From IMG/VR virus record IMGVR_UViG_3300020576_002947, positions 160,001 through 224,000 of that record: a stretch of DNA of 64,000 nucleotides; one strand, given 5' to 3'. Position 1 is the first letter of the stretch; the number at the start of each line of letters is the position of its first letter. The position numbers were made by a program, and so were the translations under genes. Of this stretch, positions 19,644 to 32,727 are shown piece after piece. Source of the stretch: a virus. Lineage: Duplodnaviria > Caudoviricetes. A model generated the notes under the pieces. It was not told the DNA's origin and did not search any database. It saw nothing but the letters and a program-made list of their open reading frames with translations.

Positions 19644-22600
19644 TACTGTTCTTCAATCTCCAGGTAAACGGTGAACTTAGCATGTGTAGCATCAAGTGCG
19701 GTGAAATTAACTCTCAGCCATGCATCCGATGCTAATGTTGTTGTTGAGAAGGTTGTGGTGCTTGCTTCGTAAGTTGAGCCACCAGATAAGCTAACATCAC
19801 CACCAGTATGAATGTTGGTAGCAGAGAAAGCACCAGTTCCATTATAGTACTCACAACGTACTGTCGTAGTTCCAGCAGAAGCCGTATTAACTCTTACTCG
19901 GAGTTTCTTAGGTGTCCAGTTAGTTCCAGCATCAGCAAGCCTTGGAATAGGAATTTGAACGTCGTCTGCACCTGAAGCAGTAGGGGTATAGGCTGAGAAG
20001 AAGACAAGAGTTCTACGTTCTTTCTTAGCACTAATCTGCCCCTGTAGTTTTCCAATACCCTGTAATACTGTATCACCAGCAACTACTACTGAGTTGGATG
20101 AAGAGAGACCAGTTAATGTACAAGCTCGTACAGTTGCGTCGAAGTCACTAATCTTACTGGCTGTTAGTGTTGGAATATCTCCAGCAACCAAAGCTCTAAA
20201 TGCAGGAACTGCTGAAGCTCCTGAAACAGGACCAGCAAAGACCAGTGAGCTAGCTTGATTAGCCCAAGCTGCTGTAAGAGTTCCAGATGAGGTAACGGGA
20301 GAACCTGTTACTGAGAACTGTGCAGGAAGCGAAAGAGCAACTGATGTAACAGTTCCTGTGCCTGCGGGAGTCTGCCAAGTACCATCACCTCTTAGGAACT
20401 GGGCACTTGTACCTACTGTTAAGGCACTAAGGTTTCCTGTAGCATCAGCCAGAACAACCTTATTACCCGTACCAGTAAAACCAGTTACGTTGATTGTTCC
20501 GGTAGAGAGAATTCTCATTCTCTCAGTAAGGGTTCCTCCTGTTGCTGTATAGAATACTAGACTTGCAGCGTCTTCGTTTGTTCCAATCTGAAGTGCCTCG
20601 ATTTTTGCATTTTCCTTAGGTGCAGTTGAACCAGCCCACCATGAGATTTTTCCAATCGTGCCACCGTCAGCAATAGCATTGGAGTCAGTAAACATCTCAA
20701 GGATAGGATAGACGGACGCTGTGTTTCGAATTTGCAGTCCGTTGTAACCAGAACCTGACAGAATAGTGTTGAGGTTGAATGTGAACGATGACCCGCCAAT
20801 GATGGTGTTCATCAGCCTGGTGTTTCCAGCATTAACCCACAAACTCCAAGGATTCGTCAGTGTGACATTTGTTCCAGCAACTGGAGGACCGCTTATGTAG
20901 GTGTTTACAGCATTTGTGTAGGTGACTGCTGAGTTAGTAGCAGCCAAAACTCCACCGCCAAATGAGTTGATGGTGTTCAGGGCAACAGTTGTGCTAGATG
21001 CGGTGCTAGTATCTGTAAAGATTGCACTGCCAAACCTAGCATTGATGCCATTTGAACCCCACGCCGTGCCAGAGTTGTTCCTAGCAACAAGAAAATTGAC
21101 TGGCACGGCTGATGTTCCAATCATGACGGGATTCTGGAAAAAGTTTCTCGCCCCAATACCAACTGCGTAACCCTCATAAACGCCCCAGACGTTCGTCGGG
21201 TAGGATGCTGTACCCGTTCCGACAATCTGCAATCCATACGAGTTGGAAATTGTGAAAGTTGCTGGATTAGTAAAATCAGTTAGTACTCTGACTCCATATG
21301 AGTTAGTTACAGTACCAGAACCAGTTGCGGCACTAGAAGCACCATGAATAAAGTATCCAGAGTAGATGTTGGAGAATATTCCAGCATGGGTAGATGTAAC
21401 TATCTTACAGTCAGAGTATACCCCAGCTATTACACCAGATATAGTCTTACCGGAGGCTACAGAACTATTAGAAAGGCTAAACCATCCACCATACTGGTTA
21501 GTAGCTGAAGTATCATTATAAGTGCTATTTACGTAGCTAAGGAAGCCATAATGTGTTCGTGCTGTAGTTGTGTTGTGAGTTGGAGTGGCAGAGAACTGAC
21601 CACCAGCAACAGCTACATCAGTTCCAGAGTTACCAACAGTTAGTTTTGAGGTAGCTGAGGTGCTTCCGAGCCCAACAAAACCAGCATTATTAACCGTAAA
21701 GATACTCGTTGTATCACTATTAGTTATCCTAAGAGCATCTGTGGAACTAGTATTCCCATTTCCCTGTATCTGTACCCTATGACTTCCGCTAGGCACAAGA
21801 CCAAAGCCAGTCATTCCAGCACCATCGGTATATACTGCGTTAGCATTTGCATCTGTAGCTACATTAAATGCAATTGTATTAGTAGTTGTACCAGTGGTTG
21901 ATACTTGAAGACCGTGCCTATTACTAGTACCTCCTGAGTGTCTAATAATAGCAGCGTAGTTTGCGTCACCTGCTGTCCTGGTAGCTGTAAACTGTCCTAT
22001 TGCAGCTACTACACCATCGTTTCTACAGGTAAAGTAAGCAGCTCCTGAATCAGGCCACACTCTTAACCCAAAACCACCTGAAGTAGCATCCGTACCAGTA
22101 ATTGTTAGTCTAACACCAGAGGATAATGCCCCTCCAAAGCCAGCCTCAGTACCATTAAATTGGAAGTTTGCATTCGTACTTAGACCACTAGAAGTACTGT
22201 TATAAACAAAGCAACCATCGAGTAAGCTCGAAAGATTTAACCCTGTGATAGTTGGGGTGTTTGGAAGTGAGAACGTTAGTCCTGTGGCGTCTTCGGTAAT
22301 GGTGATTTGATCAGTAGTACCAAAGAAGTTCTTTTTGGTAAAAGTGTCAGTTCCTGTCTGAAATACAGCACCGCTTGCAGTGTCTAGACCTGCCAATGCG
22401 GTTAGTGTGGAGTCTAAGCCTTGTGCATCACTAATACCGTATCCTGCTAGAGTAGTTGGAACACCAGAAGTAATATCTCCCCATGCGTGTACATGCGAGC
22501 TAGGGGTAAATGAGGTTGGAACACTTGTTAGAGTAGACCACGGTACATCAGTAATTCCATACCCAGCAAGAGTTGTAGGAACACCCGACGTAATGTCAGA

Positions 22601-25600
22601 CCAAGCATGGACGTGTCCAGTGGCAGAAATGCCTGCTTCTGCCAAAGTATTGTTGATCCAAGCAGTACCATTCCACTTGAGGATTTCGCCCGATGAGTTT
22701 GAAGTGATCGTAACGTTGGAGTGAGAATCCAACGTATGAGCAGCGGGGGTAAAAGATGAAGGAACTGAGGTAAGCTGTGACCACGCAATACTCAAAGCCG
22801 CCTGATGCTGCGTGACGTTCGATTGAGCAATTCTTGCGTCAGCAAATGTGCCAGTTGTGATTTTAGCTGTGTCAAGGTTCGGAACGTCTCCTGAGCTGAT
22901 GGTGCTGAGGACGATATTGGTTCCGTCGCCTCTTAGGAAGCTTCCTGATGTTGCTAGCCCGTTAACTCTGAATCCAGAAACTGCGTCAACAGCAGCTCTG
23001 AATGTCATGTTTTTGTCAAAATCCCAATAAAAGTCGTCTCTTGCTCCTGCGGGATATCCTCCATACCAATCCATTCGGTAAATGTCAAGATTGTTGGAGG
23101 GATAGGTGCCGTTCCAGGTTGGAATGAAAGTGACCCTTACATATTTGTAGTGGACCCCTGGTGTTGGACTATAACGCCAAGGAATTGTCGCGTGGCTAAC
23201 GAAGAAGTGCCCTGGCCAAGTGCTTGCCGTGTTGGTGGGTCCAGCATGTGTTACCCAAGTCACATTGTCTTCTGATTTTTCAATCAGAACCGCAGCAGAA
23301 TGTCCATTCGTTGATGTGTACGCATAAAATGCATTGATATACACGTAGTTGCTTTTATAGTCGCCAGCACTTTTGCTCCACGTGAACCTGATGCCGTACT
23401 TGCCATTCGCCAATGTGATGGCGCTTCCTGTGCCGCGACCAATGACGTTGTTTTTCATAGCAGCCCCTGATGGAGAGGTTGCATGGGCGGTCCACACTGA
23501 TCCATCAGTGCTTTCTTCGATAGACATTGGGAGATGGAATTTAAGCTTGTTATCAAACTGACCGTCAACGACAGCCGCTTCTAACGCCGAAGGAGAACCT
23601 AAGTTGCCCCTCAGCAAGCTGTTGTTTACTGGAGGAATGCTCTGAGCCAAAGGCACTACGCCTGAGGTCAAGTTCGATGCGTTCAGGGCCGTGAGTGATG
23701 TGCCAATTCCTGCGAATGAGTTGGCGGTCATCGCGCCAGAAATGGTTACTGCTGATGGAAGACTAATTGTTGGGTTGCCAGAAACACCATCGCCATTCGT
23801 GATAGTGATCTGGTTGGTGGTGCCTGTTAAAGTCCTCTTGGTAAACGTATCAGTTCCAGTTTGTACAACAAGTCCTGCTGTGGTGTTCAATCCAGCCAAA
23901 GCTGTAAGAGTTGCATCAAGACCTTGTGCGTCAGTTATTCCGTACCCTGCTAAGGTTGTGGGAGTTCCTGTAGTGATATCAGACCATGCGTGAGTATGAC
24001 CAACAGCACTAATTCCTGCTTCAGCCAACGTATTATTGATCCAAGCACTTCCATTCCACTTCAGAAGCTCTCCTGAGGAGTTGGAGGTGATGGTTACGTT
24101 AGAATGACTGTCAAGAGTATGAGCCGAAGGTGTAAAATCAGCAGGAACGCTAGTAAGATCGCCCCAAGGAACACCAGTCTGCCAAGTTTTATCTCCTTTC
24201 CAATACTGCCCTGAAGTCCCAGCAGTGATAGTGCTTTCTTTATTGTCGAGCTGTCCTTGTGCTTTACCAAAGGCAGTTAGCACTGAATCAGCAGCAGTAA
24301 TAGCTGTATTGGAGGAAGCAAAACCAGTTAGTGTAGTAGCTCGTACCCGTGCGTCTGTAAAATAAAGGTTTCCACTTTCTGTTACCTGAGCAGTGGTGTA
24401 ATCTCCAGAAGAAGCTACAACTGTACCAGTTCTTCCAAAAACAGAAGAAACACCAGAGATCATCGAGGAAATATTGCCAGAAAGCTTTTGGATAGCAGAT
24501 AAGATGCTATCTGCGCTGCTTACTGTGCCACTAGCTGCTGAATAACCTGTTAGGGTTGCTGCAATAGCCCTAGCGTTAGTGAAGTAGAGATTAGTATTCT
24601 CTGGAACAGCTAGGGTATCAAGAGTCTGATTAGTTCCATCTCCTCTTACGTACTGTGCAGAAGTTCCTAGTGTGAGAGCAGAAAGATCACCAGTAGCAGA
24701 AACCTGTACGAATCTACTTCCAGTTCCAGACAATCCAGTAACATTTACTGTCCCTGTGCTGCCAATTCTTAGCCTTTCGGATAGTGTTCCACCAGTTGCA
24801 GTTCTGAAGATAATATCAGAAGCATTTTCAGTAATCCCTGCTGCAAGGAACTCAATTCTACCCATCTCAACAGGAGCGCCATAACCACCCCAAGCACTAA
24901 TCTTACCAACTACACCACCATCTGGGATAGCTGTTGTAGCCCTCCAGAATTCAAAGGTAGGTTCAATTGCTGTACCTCCTCTAATCTGAACTCCAGTAGC
25001 TCCGCTTCCTGCTAGAACATTAGTATTGGGGGTAGTGGCGTCAAAAACACTACTTGTTCCAACAAATAAATCACCACCAAATCTAGACTGCCCTGTGTAG
25101 GCATTGAATGTCCAAGGGTTTGTTATGGTTACGTTTGTACCAGAAGTAGGAGGTCCTGCGATATACAGGTTGTAAGCATGAGTGTAAGTTACTCCAGTTG
25201 CTGTAGACGCTAGTGTTGGAGTAGCGAAACTATTTGCTGCATTATGTGTTACTGTTGCACCAGCTACGGTGCTAGTGTCAGTCAGAGTACCATTTTGTAC
25301 TCTGAACAGCATTCCATTAACACTCCAAGCAGCTCCAGACATGGATTTGGAGATAACAAGTGCTGCTGATCGTGTTGTGGTTCCAATCTGAACTGGAGAT
25401 GCGAAATAATTGGCAGCATTTGCTGCTGTACCATATGCCTCGTATACACCCCAAAGGTTTGTTGGATAGCTCGTAGATCCATTGGCTACAATATGCAAAC
25501 CGTAAGAGTTAGCTATTCCCAAACTAGTAGGAGCTGCAAAGTCAGTAAGTACTCTTACTCCATAAGAAGAGGTGATCGCACCGCTACCAGTAGCTGTAGA

Positions 25601-28600
25601 TGTAGCACCATGAACAAAGTACCCACCCATCTGACTTGTTACAGTTCCAGCGTGTGAAGCAGAGGAGATTCTTGCATCACCTGCTACACCTATGACAGAG
25701 CCAGAGTTAGTGAATCCTGAAGTAGTATAGGTATCTGGTAGGGCAAAATACCCACCATATATCGAAAGTGTTGAGTTAGATGCTGTTACAATAGCAGCAT
25801 TACCCAGAACCCCATAAAAGGTTCGGGTGGTTCCATCTGAGTTTGTGGAAGTAGACGTAAAACTACCACCACCTACATAAGCATTATTAGCCGTATGCTG
25901 TACTATAAGCTTAGCAGTTGTAGAAGGTGTCGTACCAAAACTAGCGTATCCAGCATCATTAACAGTAAATAGTTGCGTAGTGGCTGAGTTAACTAAGTGT
26001 AGGGCGTTTGTGCTACTTGTACTTCCTAATCCAGAAATTAAAAGTCTTGTGTTGTTTTGGAGTGAACCAAATCCAGCAGAGCCATCATCCCTAACCTGAA
26101 GTAATTGAGTACCAGCACTATTTTCTACTCTAAATGCTTGTGTTGAGCTAGTACTACCTGAGCCCTTGACCAGGAATCTATAACTAGCTACATCTGTGGA
26201 GCCAATTGAGAAGAATCCGTTGATCCCAACTCTAAAGAGTTCAGAACTACCTGACTTCAATACAAAGGGGACTCCACCTGAAGAGTAAGAATGTGCTAAT
26301 CCCCAAACAGCATTAGTCTGGTCCACAAATAAACCCCCTCTCCTGTTATTAGTGCCATCATTAACAGCAGCACCTACAGCAGCAACTCCTGTAGTTTGCA
26401 CATTGTAGATTTGAGGTGTTACGGTGCCACTAGCACCATCAGGAATAGCTCCAGTATAGGTTAAATCACCAACTCGGATGTTATATGGAGCATGAACTGC
26501 ACCATCGTTTCTTACAGTGAATAGTCCTGAGCCAGCAGAGCTATAGACCTCAATGGAGTTCGTTGAAGACGTAGCACCTAATCCATGAATACCTAGCTTC
26601 TTAGCTACTAGTAGTCCAGGTGTAGAGGTTGGGGTGAAGAAAGTGCTATAGCCAACGTTTAGATCGTGTGCATATTCTACTGTAGGAGCTTCATCAAGCC
26701 CTATCATCTCACAACGAGCTACATCCCATTGAATAGCAGCATTGGTACCTGCTAGGTAGAAGTATCCAGTCTGAGCAAAAGATCCTCCAACACCGATTTG
26801 TTGGAGTATGAGGTATTCCTGCCAAGCACCAGTACCTATTGCTGAAGATAGCCATACGTTGGTAGAACCAGTTCCAATTGCGTTAGTTGCAAAAGAAAGG
26901 GTGTAGCCTGATGGAATCTTAGCCCAAACTCGGTATAAGATCCTCTGTCCTTCTAGGTATCCCCTACTACCTGAATTTGGAAGTGCTTTGCCTAAACCTA
27001 CATAGAAACCACCACAACCTGGGTTACAAGTAGTTCCATCGTAGTTGATTCTTAGAATATTACCAGAATGGTTTGGTGCAGTGGAATCTGCTGAGACTGA
27101 GTGTGTTACACTACCATTAACCAGGTTGTTATAAACAGTATATCCTGTGGCACCGTGTAACATGTCAGTGTTACGGTTGATTACCCTACCACGAACATCT
27201 GTAATTGGAGAAGTTGATCTTAGTCCAAACGAGGCAGAAGGGTAAATAGAGTATGGCCTATAACCAGTTACTTGAGTAAAGGAGGGGGAGGATGTTGTCC
27301 CGATATCCTGTACTGTACCGATAACAGTGTTTCCACTGACTCCATTACCATACGTTATTGTTGTTTGGTTAGCAGTTGCAGTTAAAGTACGTCTAGCAAA
27401 AGAACTAGCTCCAGTTTGTACTAGATAACCAGTCGTACTATCCAAAGCTCCAAGTGCATTTAGATAGGCGTTAGTAAGCGTTGTGTTTAGTGTTATGTTG
27501 GAAGATCCATCAACTGATGCACTTCCTGATACAGAACCACTTAGTTGAAGTGTTCTTGCTGTCTGCCAGGCATTTGCTGTTGAGGCATTTCCTTGAAGAT
27601 CAGCTACAAGAGTAGCAGTTGTGTAGCCACTTCCTCCAATATTAACTGTTGCAGATGGTTCTACTGTTAGGCCAGTGAATAATCGGTATAGATTGGAGCC
27701 CGCATCTCGGAATAATCCGCTAAACTTATCGGTTCCGTCGTTGTACTTGCCATAGAATCCAATATCAACTACATCAGCAGCATTATCAGACGCTAGTTTA
27801 ATTAATGGGTCTGAGACTGAGATGCTTGAAGCACTAATGCTGGTCAAAGCACCTGTGATAGTGACGTTACCAGCGATATTAACGTCAGCATTGATGTCGA
27901 AGGAGCTTGAGGTCTTTGTAAGGGCATCGTAGTAGCTGATGCTGTTTGTTGAGTCCCAAAAAGCTAGTTTATTGAGTACACCAGTACCAGAAACACCACC
28001 CAAACCTGTTACAGAGATCGCTTGTGTGCTTGCACTAGTGAGTCTACCCTTGCTGTCTACTGTGAAGGTAGGAATTAATGAGCTGCTACCATAAGAGCCA
28101 GAGCTAACAGTAGTGTCTGATAGGCTAAAGTTCCATGATCTATTAGCTGTTAGATCAAGAGCACTGGTATTGCTGATTGTTATATCAGGAGATCCAGATA
28201 GTTGGAGAGTACGGGAACTTATAACTCCGTCTGTTATTCCATAACCAGCTAAGGTAGTAGGTACACTAGTTAACTGTCCCCAACCAATACTAAGTAAAGA
28301 CTGGTGCTGGGTAACACTACCAGAGGAGATTCTTGCGTTAGCAAAGGTTCCAGTAGTTATCTTTGAAGCATCTAAGTCAGGTACGTCACCAGAACCAATT
28401 GTACTAAGGACAATATTAGTACCGTTGCCTCTTAGGAAGCTTCCAGAGGTAGCAACTCCTCCCAGTCTAAAGCCACTAGCTGCATTTACATAGACTGAGT
28501 TAACTATCCCACTATTAGTAACTTGGAATGAGTCAGTTCTACCATTACTAGCTGATGCAATCAGAGGATAGTCAGCAGCATCTAGATTAAGCTGCGTGAT

Positions 28601-30142
28601 TGTCTGGCCTGTGAATGCTGGAAGTGTTGAAGTGGCTGGGGTAGTTAGTGTCCATCCAGAGCTTTGGTAGTTTTGTTCACAAACAACGTAGATTGTTACA
28701 TCATAATCTACGTATACCTCAAGAATAGCACCCTGGTAAGTATCCCCTTCAACAAGACGAATCTTAGTAATTCCACCATTACTGCTATACCAGCTTCTAT
28801 TCCAAAGTGTTAGTGAGGGATTTCTTCCATAATTATACGCAGCGTAGAATGTCGTGGCACTATGTTGTCCGCTAGTTATATCATAGACCGTAAAGAACGC
28901 TGATGCTCGATTACCACTTGAGAGAGAATCAGGATTGCCATTGGTTGCGATTCTATACCAAAAACCTGAAACCGCAGGGCCAGATACTCTCTGAACTCTT
29001 GCAGCGGTAGTTGCTGCTGACCCATGTCCTGAGTCAAGATGAGCACCATCTAGATAATCAGCATTGAAGTTAGTATTAACTGTTGTTGAGGTGACAGCAA
29101 GCGGTGATGTGCCTGTAGCTTGAGAAAGTGTCTGCCGTACAAAAGTTGGTGATGCTCCTGAATGAAGATCCTGGGGTCCTGTTAGAACTATGTTCCCAGA
29201 GACACCATCTCCATTTGTAACAGTAACTCTATTGGTGGTTCCTGTTATAGATCTAGCTGTAGTAACACCAGCAGATGTTCGTACAACAATACCATTGGAC
29301 CCTGGATCATTTAACCCTCCAATAGCAGATACACTAGACCATACTGGAACTCCACCAGAGACCGTTAGAACAGTGCCACTAGCACCGATTCCTAGTCTTG
29401 CAAAGGTGTCTATGCCACTTCCATAGATCAGGTCACCACTTACCCAGTTAACTGCTGAGAGGCCTGTGAGAGCGGCGTCTAGAGGCTGTTTATTGCTAAA
29501 CTGGGTTTGGATGTTGCTTGTAACACCGTCTAGATATTGGTATTCTGTATTAGATACGCTACCATCACCGATCTTAGATGCATCAATACCGCTTGGAATA
29601 TCAGAAGCTGTGATATATCCAGCAACATAAGCAGTTCCATTACTTTTAAGAAATGATGATGAAGGTGCTGATCCATTTATCTGATATCCTAATGCTGTTA
29701 AATTGCCTGTATCATAATCCCATTCAAAATCTGTTGATTGGGCTAGCTTTTGCTCTGAATTTATAAATAAAACTGATTTGGGATTGCCTGCATAGACCAT
29801 TGTCTCATTAGCTATGAGACTTGCGGTAGAACTGGACCAATCTAAGAGACCTCCACCTAGATTTATTAATACATCGCCACTTGATCCTTGTGTTGTAGGA
29901 AGAGTTAAGGTATAACCATACGCTGGAGCAGCAGGAGGTTCTATTCTAATATTAAAAATAGAACTAAAGTCTACATGAGAGGCTGATAGTCCACTAGTAA
30001 GATTTAAACCAGATGAAGTAAAGGTAAAACTATCAGAACCTACTAGGCTACGCCCATCAGAGTATGCGACCTGACCGTCAGTTATTCTACTAGCGGAACT
30101 ACTAGAGATCGTAAGCGGTGTATATAATTCCTCTCGACGCAT
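19643..30142 (-). CDS. Giant tail fibre / receptor-binding protein (3499 aa)
   Basis: Thr/Ser/Gly-rich; repeated [28 protein letters not shown] and [11 protein letters not shown]...TLTA fibre motifs; internal duplications. Confidence 0.85.
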   Translation of the reverse strand: MRREELYTPLTISSSSASRITDGQVAYSDGRSLVGSDSFTFTSSGLNLTSGLSASHVDFSSIFNIRIEPPAAPAYGYTLTLPTTQGSSGDVLINLGGGLLDWSSSTASLIANETMVYAGNPKSVLFINSEQKLAQSTDFEWDYDTGNLTALGYQINGSAPSSSFLKSNGTAYVAGYITASDIPSGIDASKIGDGSVSNTEYQYLDGVTSNIQTQFSNKQPLDAALTGLSAVNWVSGDLIYGSGIDTFARLGIGASGTVLTVSGGVPVWSSVSAIGGLNDPGSNGIVVRTSAGVTTARSITGTTNRVTVTNGDGVSGNIVLTGPQDLHSGASPTFVRQTLSQATGTSPLAVTSTTVNTNFNADYLDGAHLDSGHGSAATTAARVQRVSGPAVSGFWYRIATNGNPDSLSSGNRASAFFTVYDITSGQHSATTFYAAYNYGRNPSLTLWNRSWYSSNGGITKIRLVEGDTYQGAILEVYVDYDVTIYVVCEQNYQSSGWTLTTPATSTLPAFTGQTITQLNLDAADYPLIASASNGRTDSFQVTNSGIVNSVYVNAASGFRLGGVATSGSFLRGNGTNIVLSTIGSGDVPDLDASKITTGTFANARISSGSVTQHQSLLSIGWGQLTSVPTTLAGYGITDGVISSRTLQLSGSPDITISNTSALDLTANRSWNFSLSDTTVSSGSYGSSSLIPTFTVDSKGRLTSASTQAISVTGLGGVSGTGVLNKLAFWDSTNSISYYDALTKTSSSFDINADVNIAGNVTITGALTSISASSISVSDPLIKLASDNAADVVDIGFYGKYNDGTDKFSGLFRDAGSNLYRLFTGLTVEPSATVNIGGSGYTTATLVADLQGNASTANAWQTARTLQLSGSVSGSASVDGSSNITLNTTLTNAYLNALGALDSTTGYLVQTGASSFARRTLTATANQTTITYGNGVSGNTVIGTVQDIGTTSSPSFTQVTGYRPYSIYPSASFGLRSTSPITDVRGRVINRNTDMLHGATGYTVYNNLVNGSVTHSVSADSTAPNHSGNILRINYDGTTCNPGCGGFYVGLGKALPNSGSRGYLEGQRILYRVWAKIPSGYTLSFATNAIGTGSTNVWLSSAIGTGAWQEYLILQQIGVGGSFAQTGYFYLAGTNAAIQWDVARCEMIGLDEAPTVEYAHDLNVGYSTFFTPTSTPGLLVAKKLGIHGLGATSSTNSIEVYSSAGSGLFTVRNDGAVHAPYNIRVGDLTYTGAIPDGASGTVTPQIYNVQTTGVAAVGAAVNDGTNNRRGGLFVDQTNAVWGLAHSYSSGGVPFVLKSGSSELFRVGINGFFSIGSTDVASYRFLVKGSGSTSSTQAFRVENSAGTQLLQVRDDGSAGFGSLQNNTRLLISGLGSTSSTNALHLVNSATTQLFTVNDAGYASFGTTPSTTAKLIVQHTANNAYVGGGSFTSTSTNSDGTTRTFYGVLGNAAIVTASNSTLSIYGGYFALPDTYTTSGFTNSGSVIGVAGDARISSASHAGTVTSQMGGYFVHGATSTATGSGAITSSYGVRVLTDFAAPTSLGIANSYGLHIVANGSTSYPTNLWGVYEAYGTAANAANYFASPVQIGTTTRSAALVISKSMSGAAWSVNGMLFRVQNGTLTDTSTVAGATVTHNAANSFATPTLASTATGVTYTHAYNLYIAGPPTSGTNVTITNPWTFNAYTGQSRFGGDLFVGTSSVFDATTPNTNVLAGSGATGVQIRGGTAIEPTFEFWRATTAIPDGGVVGKISAWGGYGAPVEMGRIEFLAAGITENASDIIFRTATGGTLSERLRIGSTGTVNVTGLSGTGSRFVQVSATGDLSALTLGTSAQYVRGDGTNQTLDTLAVPENTNLYFTNARAIAATLTGYSAASGTVSSADSILSAIQKLSGNISSMISGVSSVFGRTGTVVASSGDYTTAQVTESGNLYFTDARVRATTLTGFASSNTAITAADSVLTAFGKAQGQLDNKESTITAGTSGQYWKGDKTWQTGVPWGDLTSVPADFTPSAHTLDSHSNVTITSNSSGELLKWNGSAWINNTLAEAGISAVGHTHAWSDITTGTPTTLAGYGITDAQGLDATLTALAGLNTTAGLVVQTGTDTFTKRTLTGTTNQITITNGDGVSGNPTISLPSAVTISGAMTANSFAGIGTSLTALNASNLTSGVVPLAQSIPPVNNSLLRGNLGSPSALEAAVVDGQFDNKLKFHLPMSIEESTDGSVWTAHATSPSGAAMKNNVIGRGTGSAITLANGKYGIRFTWSKSAGDYKSNYVYINAFYAYTSTNGHSAAVLIEKSEDNVTWVTHAGPTNTASTWPGHFFVSHATIPWRYSPTPGVHYKYVRVTFIPTWNGTYPSNNLDIYRMDWYGGYPAGARDDFYWDFDKNMTFRAAVDAVSGFRVNGLATSGSFLRGDGTNIVLSTISSGDVPNLDTAKITTGTFADARIAQSNVTQHQAALSIAWSQLTSVPSSFTPAAHTLDSHSNVTITSNSSGEILKWNGTAWINNTLAEAGISATGHVHAWSDITSGVPTTLAGYGITDVPWSTLTSVPTSFTPSSHVHAWGDITSGVPTTLAGYGISDAQGLDSTLTALAGLDTASGAVFQTGTDTFTKKNFFGTTDQITITEDATGLTFSLPNTPTITGLNLSSLLDGCFVYNSTSSGLSTNANFQFNGTEAGFGGALSSGVRLTITGTDATSGGFGLRVWPDSGAAYFTCRNDGVVAAIGQFTATRTAGDANYAAIIRHSGGTSNRHGLQVSTTGTTTNTIAFNVATDANANAVYTDGAGMTGFGLVPSGSHRVQIQGNGNTSSTDALRITNSDTTSIFTVNNAGFVGLGSTSATSKLTVGNSGTDVAVAGGQFSATPTHNTTTARTHYGFLSYVNSTYNDTSATNQYGGWFSLSNSSVASGKTISGVIAGVYSDCKIVTSTHAGIFSNIYSGYFIHGASSAATGSGTVTNSYGVRVLTDFTNPATFTISNSYGLQIVGTGTASYPTNVWGVYEGYAVGIGARNFFQNPVMIGTSAVPVNFLVARNNSGTAWGSNGINARFGSAIFTDTSTASSTTVALNTINSFGGGVLAATNSAVTYTNAVNTYISGPPVAGTNVTLTNPWSLWVNAGNTRLMNTIIGGSSFTFNLNTILSGSGYNGLQIRNTASVYPILEMFTDSNAIADGGTIGKISWWAGSTAPKENAKIEALQIGTNEDAASLVFYTATGGTLTERMRILSTGTINVTGFTGTGNKVVLADATGNLSALTVGTSAQFLRGDGTWQTPAGTGTVTSVALSLPAQFSVTGSPVTSSGTLTAAWANQASSLVFAGPVSGASAVPAFRALVAGDIPTLTASKISDFDATVRACTLTGLSSSNSVVVAGDTVLQGIGKLQGQISAKKERRTLVFFSAYTPTASGADDVQIPIPRLADAGTNWTPKKLRVRVNTASAGTTTVRCEYYNGTGAFSATNIHTGGDVSLSGGSTYEASTTTFSTTTLASDAWLRVNFTALDATHAKFTVYLEIEEQ

Positions 30143-30152
30143 TATTTAAAGC

Positions 30153-30181
30153 AAAAAGCCCCTACTTTAAAGGTAGAGGCT
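30153..30181 (-). terminator. Intrinsic terminator
   Basis: Minus strand AGCCTCTAC...GTAGGGGCT followed by TTTT. Confidence 0.6.
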
Positions 30182-30200
30182 AACAAAAAAGCGTGTAATC

Positions 30201-30572
30201 TTACTCAGACTTCTTCTTTTTTGGCTTTACTTCGTTAGGCAATTCAGGAACAGAATTATCCCCAAGAACCTCTAGTTCCTCTTCTGAAAAAGGAATATCT
30301 TTGACCTCTGGGAGCTCTTGAAGACTAAGATTCATACAATCAGTTACGACAAGAACAACTTCGTTGCCCTGGACACACAAAAACTCTGTTTGTAGGACGA
30401 ATTTCTCACCAGCTTCATCATAATAAGTAGGTGTAATCTTCTCTTTCTTAAAACTTTCCTTTAGTCCTGAATCAACAACAGCAATAGTCAGTCTATTGCC
30501 TTCTAAACTAATTACAGGGGTGTCAACTACAATACGTTCCCCAATAATAAAATCAATTATACTCTGTTTCAT
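30201..30572 (-). CDS. Hypothetical protein
   Basis: 123-aa ORF in a tightly packed operon. Confidence 0.55.
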   Translation of the reverse strand: MKQSIIDFIIGERIVVDTPVISLEGNRLTIAVVDSGLKESFKKEKITPTYYDEAGEKFVLQTEFLCVQGNEVVLVVTDCMNLSLQELPEVKDIPFSEEELEVLGDNSVPELPNEVKPKKKKSE

Positions 30573-30574
30573 TC

Positions 30575-31078
30575 TTAACCTAACCTCAAAACCTTTGCCT
30601 TCTTATCAGCAAATACAGTTTTTAGTGCCTTTTCGGTTGTCAGTAAGGATATTAGAGCCGCAGGCTTTCCTTTTATAGCCATATCCTCAAACTTATCAGA
30701 TACACTTAGGTAGTCTAGAACCACTACTATGTTATCATCTGATTCTAGAAGTCTTTGTCCTTTTGTATTAATGATGTGTTGAACATCTAGACAATGGACA
30801 CCCTTTACCTCATTATTTGTTTGAAACAGTTTAATATCTTTGCTTGTTCCGCCAATATAAAAGATAGTTGACGGATCATAAAGTTTTGATGTCTCATAAA
30901 CAAAAGCAGGTGCTAGTATATCTGTCTTCCCTGTATTAGTCCCAGAGTCAATACGTAAATATGGATACGTATTCTCATAGTCAAAACCCAACGATACTTC
31001 TTCAAGAAACTCTCTAATCAGTTTCTTTTGTCTATTAGCCCAATTGCGGCTCATACTATTAATGTGCATGCTTTTCAA
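30575..31078 (-). CDS. Hypothetical protein with P-loop-like SGTNTGKT
   Basis: 167 aa; GKT plus VVVLD strand. Confidence 0.45.
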   Translation of the reverse strand: MKSMHINSMSRNWANRQKKLIREFLEEVSLGFDYENTYPYLRIDSGTNTGKTDILAPAFVYETSKLYDPSTIFYIGGTSKDIKLFQTNNEVKGVHCLDVQHIINTKGQRLLESDDNIVVVLDYLSVSDKFEDMAIKGKPAALISLLTTEKALKTVFADKKAKVLRLG

Positions 31079-31658
31079 AAAAGTCCCAGTACCTATTATG
31101 TGTGCTTTCTAATAATCTAAGCACCTCAGAGTCAGTAGGCTTTCTGTAATGAGGTAAGATAGTTCCTTTCCTAAGCTGGGTAATGAATCCATTAGCACTC
31201 ATAAGGTATATGCCATAGTTCTCAGGCACTTCTGCTAACGCTGTAGGAACTAAATGAGGTTCTATTAAATAACTAAATGTAGTAATTGGTATCTTTTGAG
31301 GGTGAACCCACTCTGATTTAGGTATATTCTGTAAAGTAGAAGGGTCTAAGCTAACATATTTATTGCTTTTAGGTAGGCCATTTTTTAAAAACATATGTTT
31401 ACAGACTTTACCAGAGAAATCTCTTCTAAGATCACTAATGTTATTCTTGATTTCAATCTCATGACCATAACCACTAGTAGTTATATAAAAGAAATCCATC
31501 TCCCAGGGAACTAAGTTCATGCTTCTAGGAAAACACTTATATTTATTAAGCATTCTATAAAGCCTTTTTATTGCAGCGGCTTCAGTCACAAACTTGCTAG
31601 AGGCACCAAAAAGCCCTGCCTGTAGGAGGATCTGAAAAGTACGATTCAGGAAACACAA
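31059..31658 (-). CDS. PD-(D/E)xK nuclease-like protein (MmcB-like)
   Basis: EMD...HEIEIK.NISDLRRDF..K and VP..YGI motifs. Confidence 0.6.
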   Translation of the reverse strand: MCFLNRTFQILLQAGLFGASSKFVTEAAAIKRLYRMLNKYKCFPRSMNLVPWEMDFFYITTSGYGHEIEIKNNISDLRRDFSGKVCKHMFLKNGLPKSNKYVSLDPSTLQNIPKSEWVHPQKIPITTFSYLIEPHLVPTALAEVPENYGIYLMSANGFITQLRKGTILPHYRKPTDSEVLRLLESTHNRYWDFFEKHAH

Positions 31659-31704
31659 CTCACGTACTATTAAAACAGGCAGGGCTTAGTTATTTTTTAT
31701 CCTT

Positions 31705-32043
31705 TTATGTATTACCTTTTTTTGTAGAGGGCGTTTTCTTTATAGGTTTTTGCACTTTGTGCTCTTCAATCATTCTTACATTCTGAACTTTTGGAGGACT
31801 ATCATTAGTACTAAACCTCAGCTCTGTCCCATTTCTGCGTTCGACCTTTAGATCAAACTCCCTAACCAACTCCCCTAGAGCATTTGTAATTCTTCCTTTT
31901 AGATTACCTTCAAGCATGTTCTGCTCAAACTCTGGATACAATAAATGGGCTTGATTCTCTGTTACATAGTAACATGTCTCACCCATAGCTTCAATAACAT
32001 AATTTCGTTTTAACCCAATACCAGTAACTTCTAACTTGTACAT
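31705..32043 (-). CDS. Hypothetical protein
   Basis: 112-aa ORF. Confidence 0.5.
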   Translation of the reverse strand: MYKLEVTGIGLKRNYVIEAMGETCYYVTENQAHLLYPEFEQNMLEGNLKGRITNALGELVREFDLKVERRNGTELRFSTNDSPPKVQNVRMIEEHKVQKPIKKTPSTKKGNT

Positions 32044-32420
32044 CCTATTTTTTCCATTATCTCTGCAAACTCTTCACTAATTGATGACACTTTTACATAC
32101 TCTGTAACCGGGAACTCCATTTTAGCAAGCTCTATGAACGCATCGATCTCCCCATAGCTTAGCATGTAGGTACCCTCTTCAGCAGCACAACGTATTAAAT
32201 AACTATAACTAATGAGTTGCGGTCCACCCCCATAAGTACATTGGTCCAAGTATGAAGAATACCCAGAGCCATAAGAGGCATAAGACATAGCTGATATAGG
32301 ATAGCTAGTGGAAAAACTTCCATAACTTGTGTCACGATGCATTACAAAAGCACTTTCTGGAAGTAATTCCCCTCTCTCTACAGGGTTCCAAAATTCATCA
32401 GTCTTAGTAAGAAGAATCAT
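32031..32420 (-). CDS. Hypothetical protein
   Basis: 129-aa ORF, Ser/Tyr-rich centre. Confidence 0.5.
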   Translation of the reverse strand: MILLTKTDEFWNPVERGELLPESAFVMHRDTSYGSFSTSYPISAMSYASYGSGYSSYLDQCTYGGGPQLISYSYLIRCAAEEGTYMLSYGEIDAFIELAKMEFPVTEYVKVSSISEEFAEIMEKIGCTS

Positions 32421-32433
32421 ATAATTAAAATGT

Positions 32434-32463
32434 AAAAAGGGCCCTCAACTCTGAAGGCCCTTT
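32434..32463 (-). terminator. Intrinsic terminator
   Basis: AAAGGGCC...GGCCCTTT stem with a T-run on the minus strand. Confidence 0.6.
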
Positions 32464-32466
32464 GGC

Positions 32467-32727
32467 TTACGCACGCTCTCGAATCTCGTAAGAGACTCCA
32501 GTATCATTCTCCATCTTTACCCAGCTAGAGATATTCTTATCAAGCAGGGTAAAAGTCCTCTCAGGGACTAGATCAACCCTTACTGCAGGGATAAACTCAT
32601 CATCTACAATCCTATAAAAGGTCTGTGTCTGCGGCTCATACTCGTCGTCAAAGCCTACAATAACACTCCAATTAGAAGTATGATAGATGGCTTCAATTAA
32701 TGTTTCGTACCAATTACTGTTGTTCAT
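32467..32727 (-). CDS. Hypothetical protein
   Basis: 86-aa ORF. Confidence 0.5.
   Translation of the reverse strand: MNNSNWYETLIEAIYHTSNWSVIVGFDDEYEPQTQTFYRIVDDEFIPAVRVDLVPERTFTLLDKNISSWVKMENDTGVSYEIRERA

Noticed and set aside
19894-29426. Many short alternative-frame and antisense ORFs within the tail-fibre gene (and similar ones in the capsid, RNAP and early genes)
   Set aside because: Expected shadows of biased codon usage; no RBS or recognisable motifs
19643-30142. Diversity-generating retroelement TR/VR pair in the fibre gene
   Set aside because: Repeat differences are synonymous rather than adenine-specific, and no reverse transcriptase is in the window
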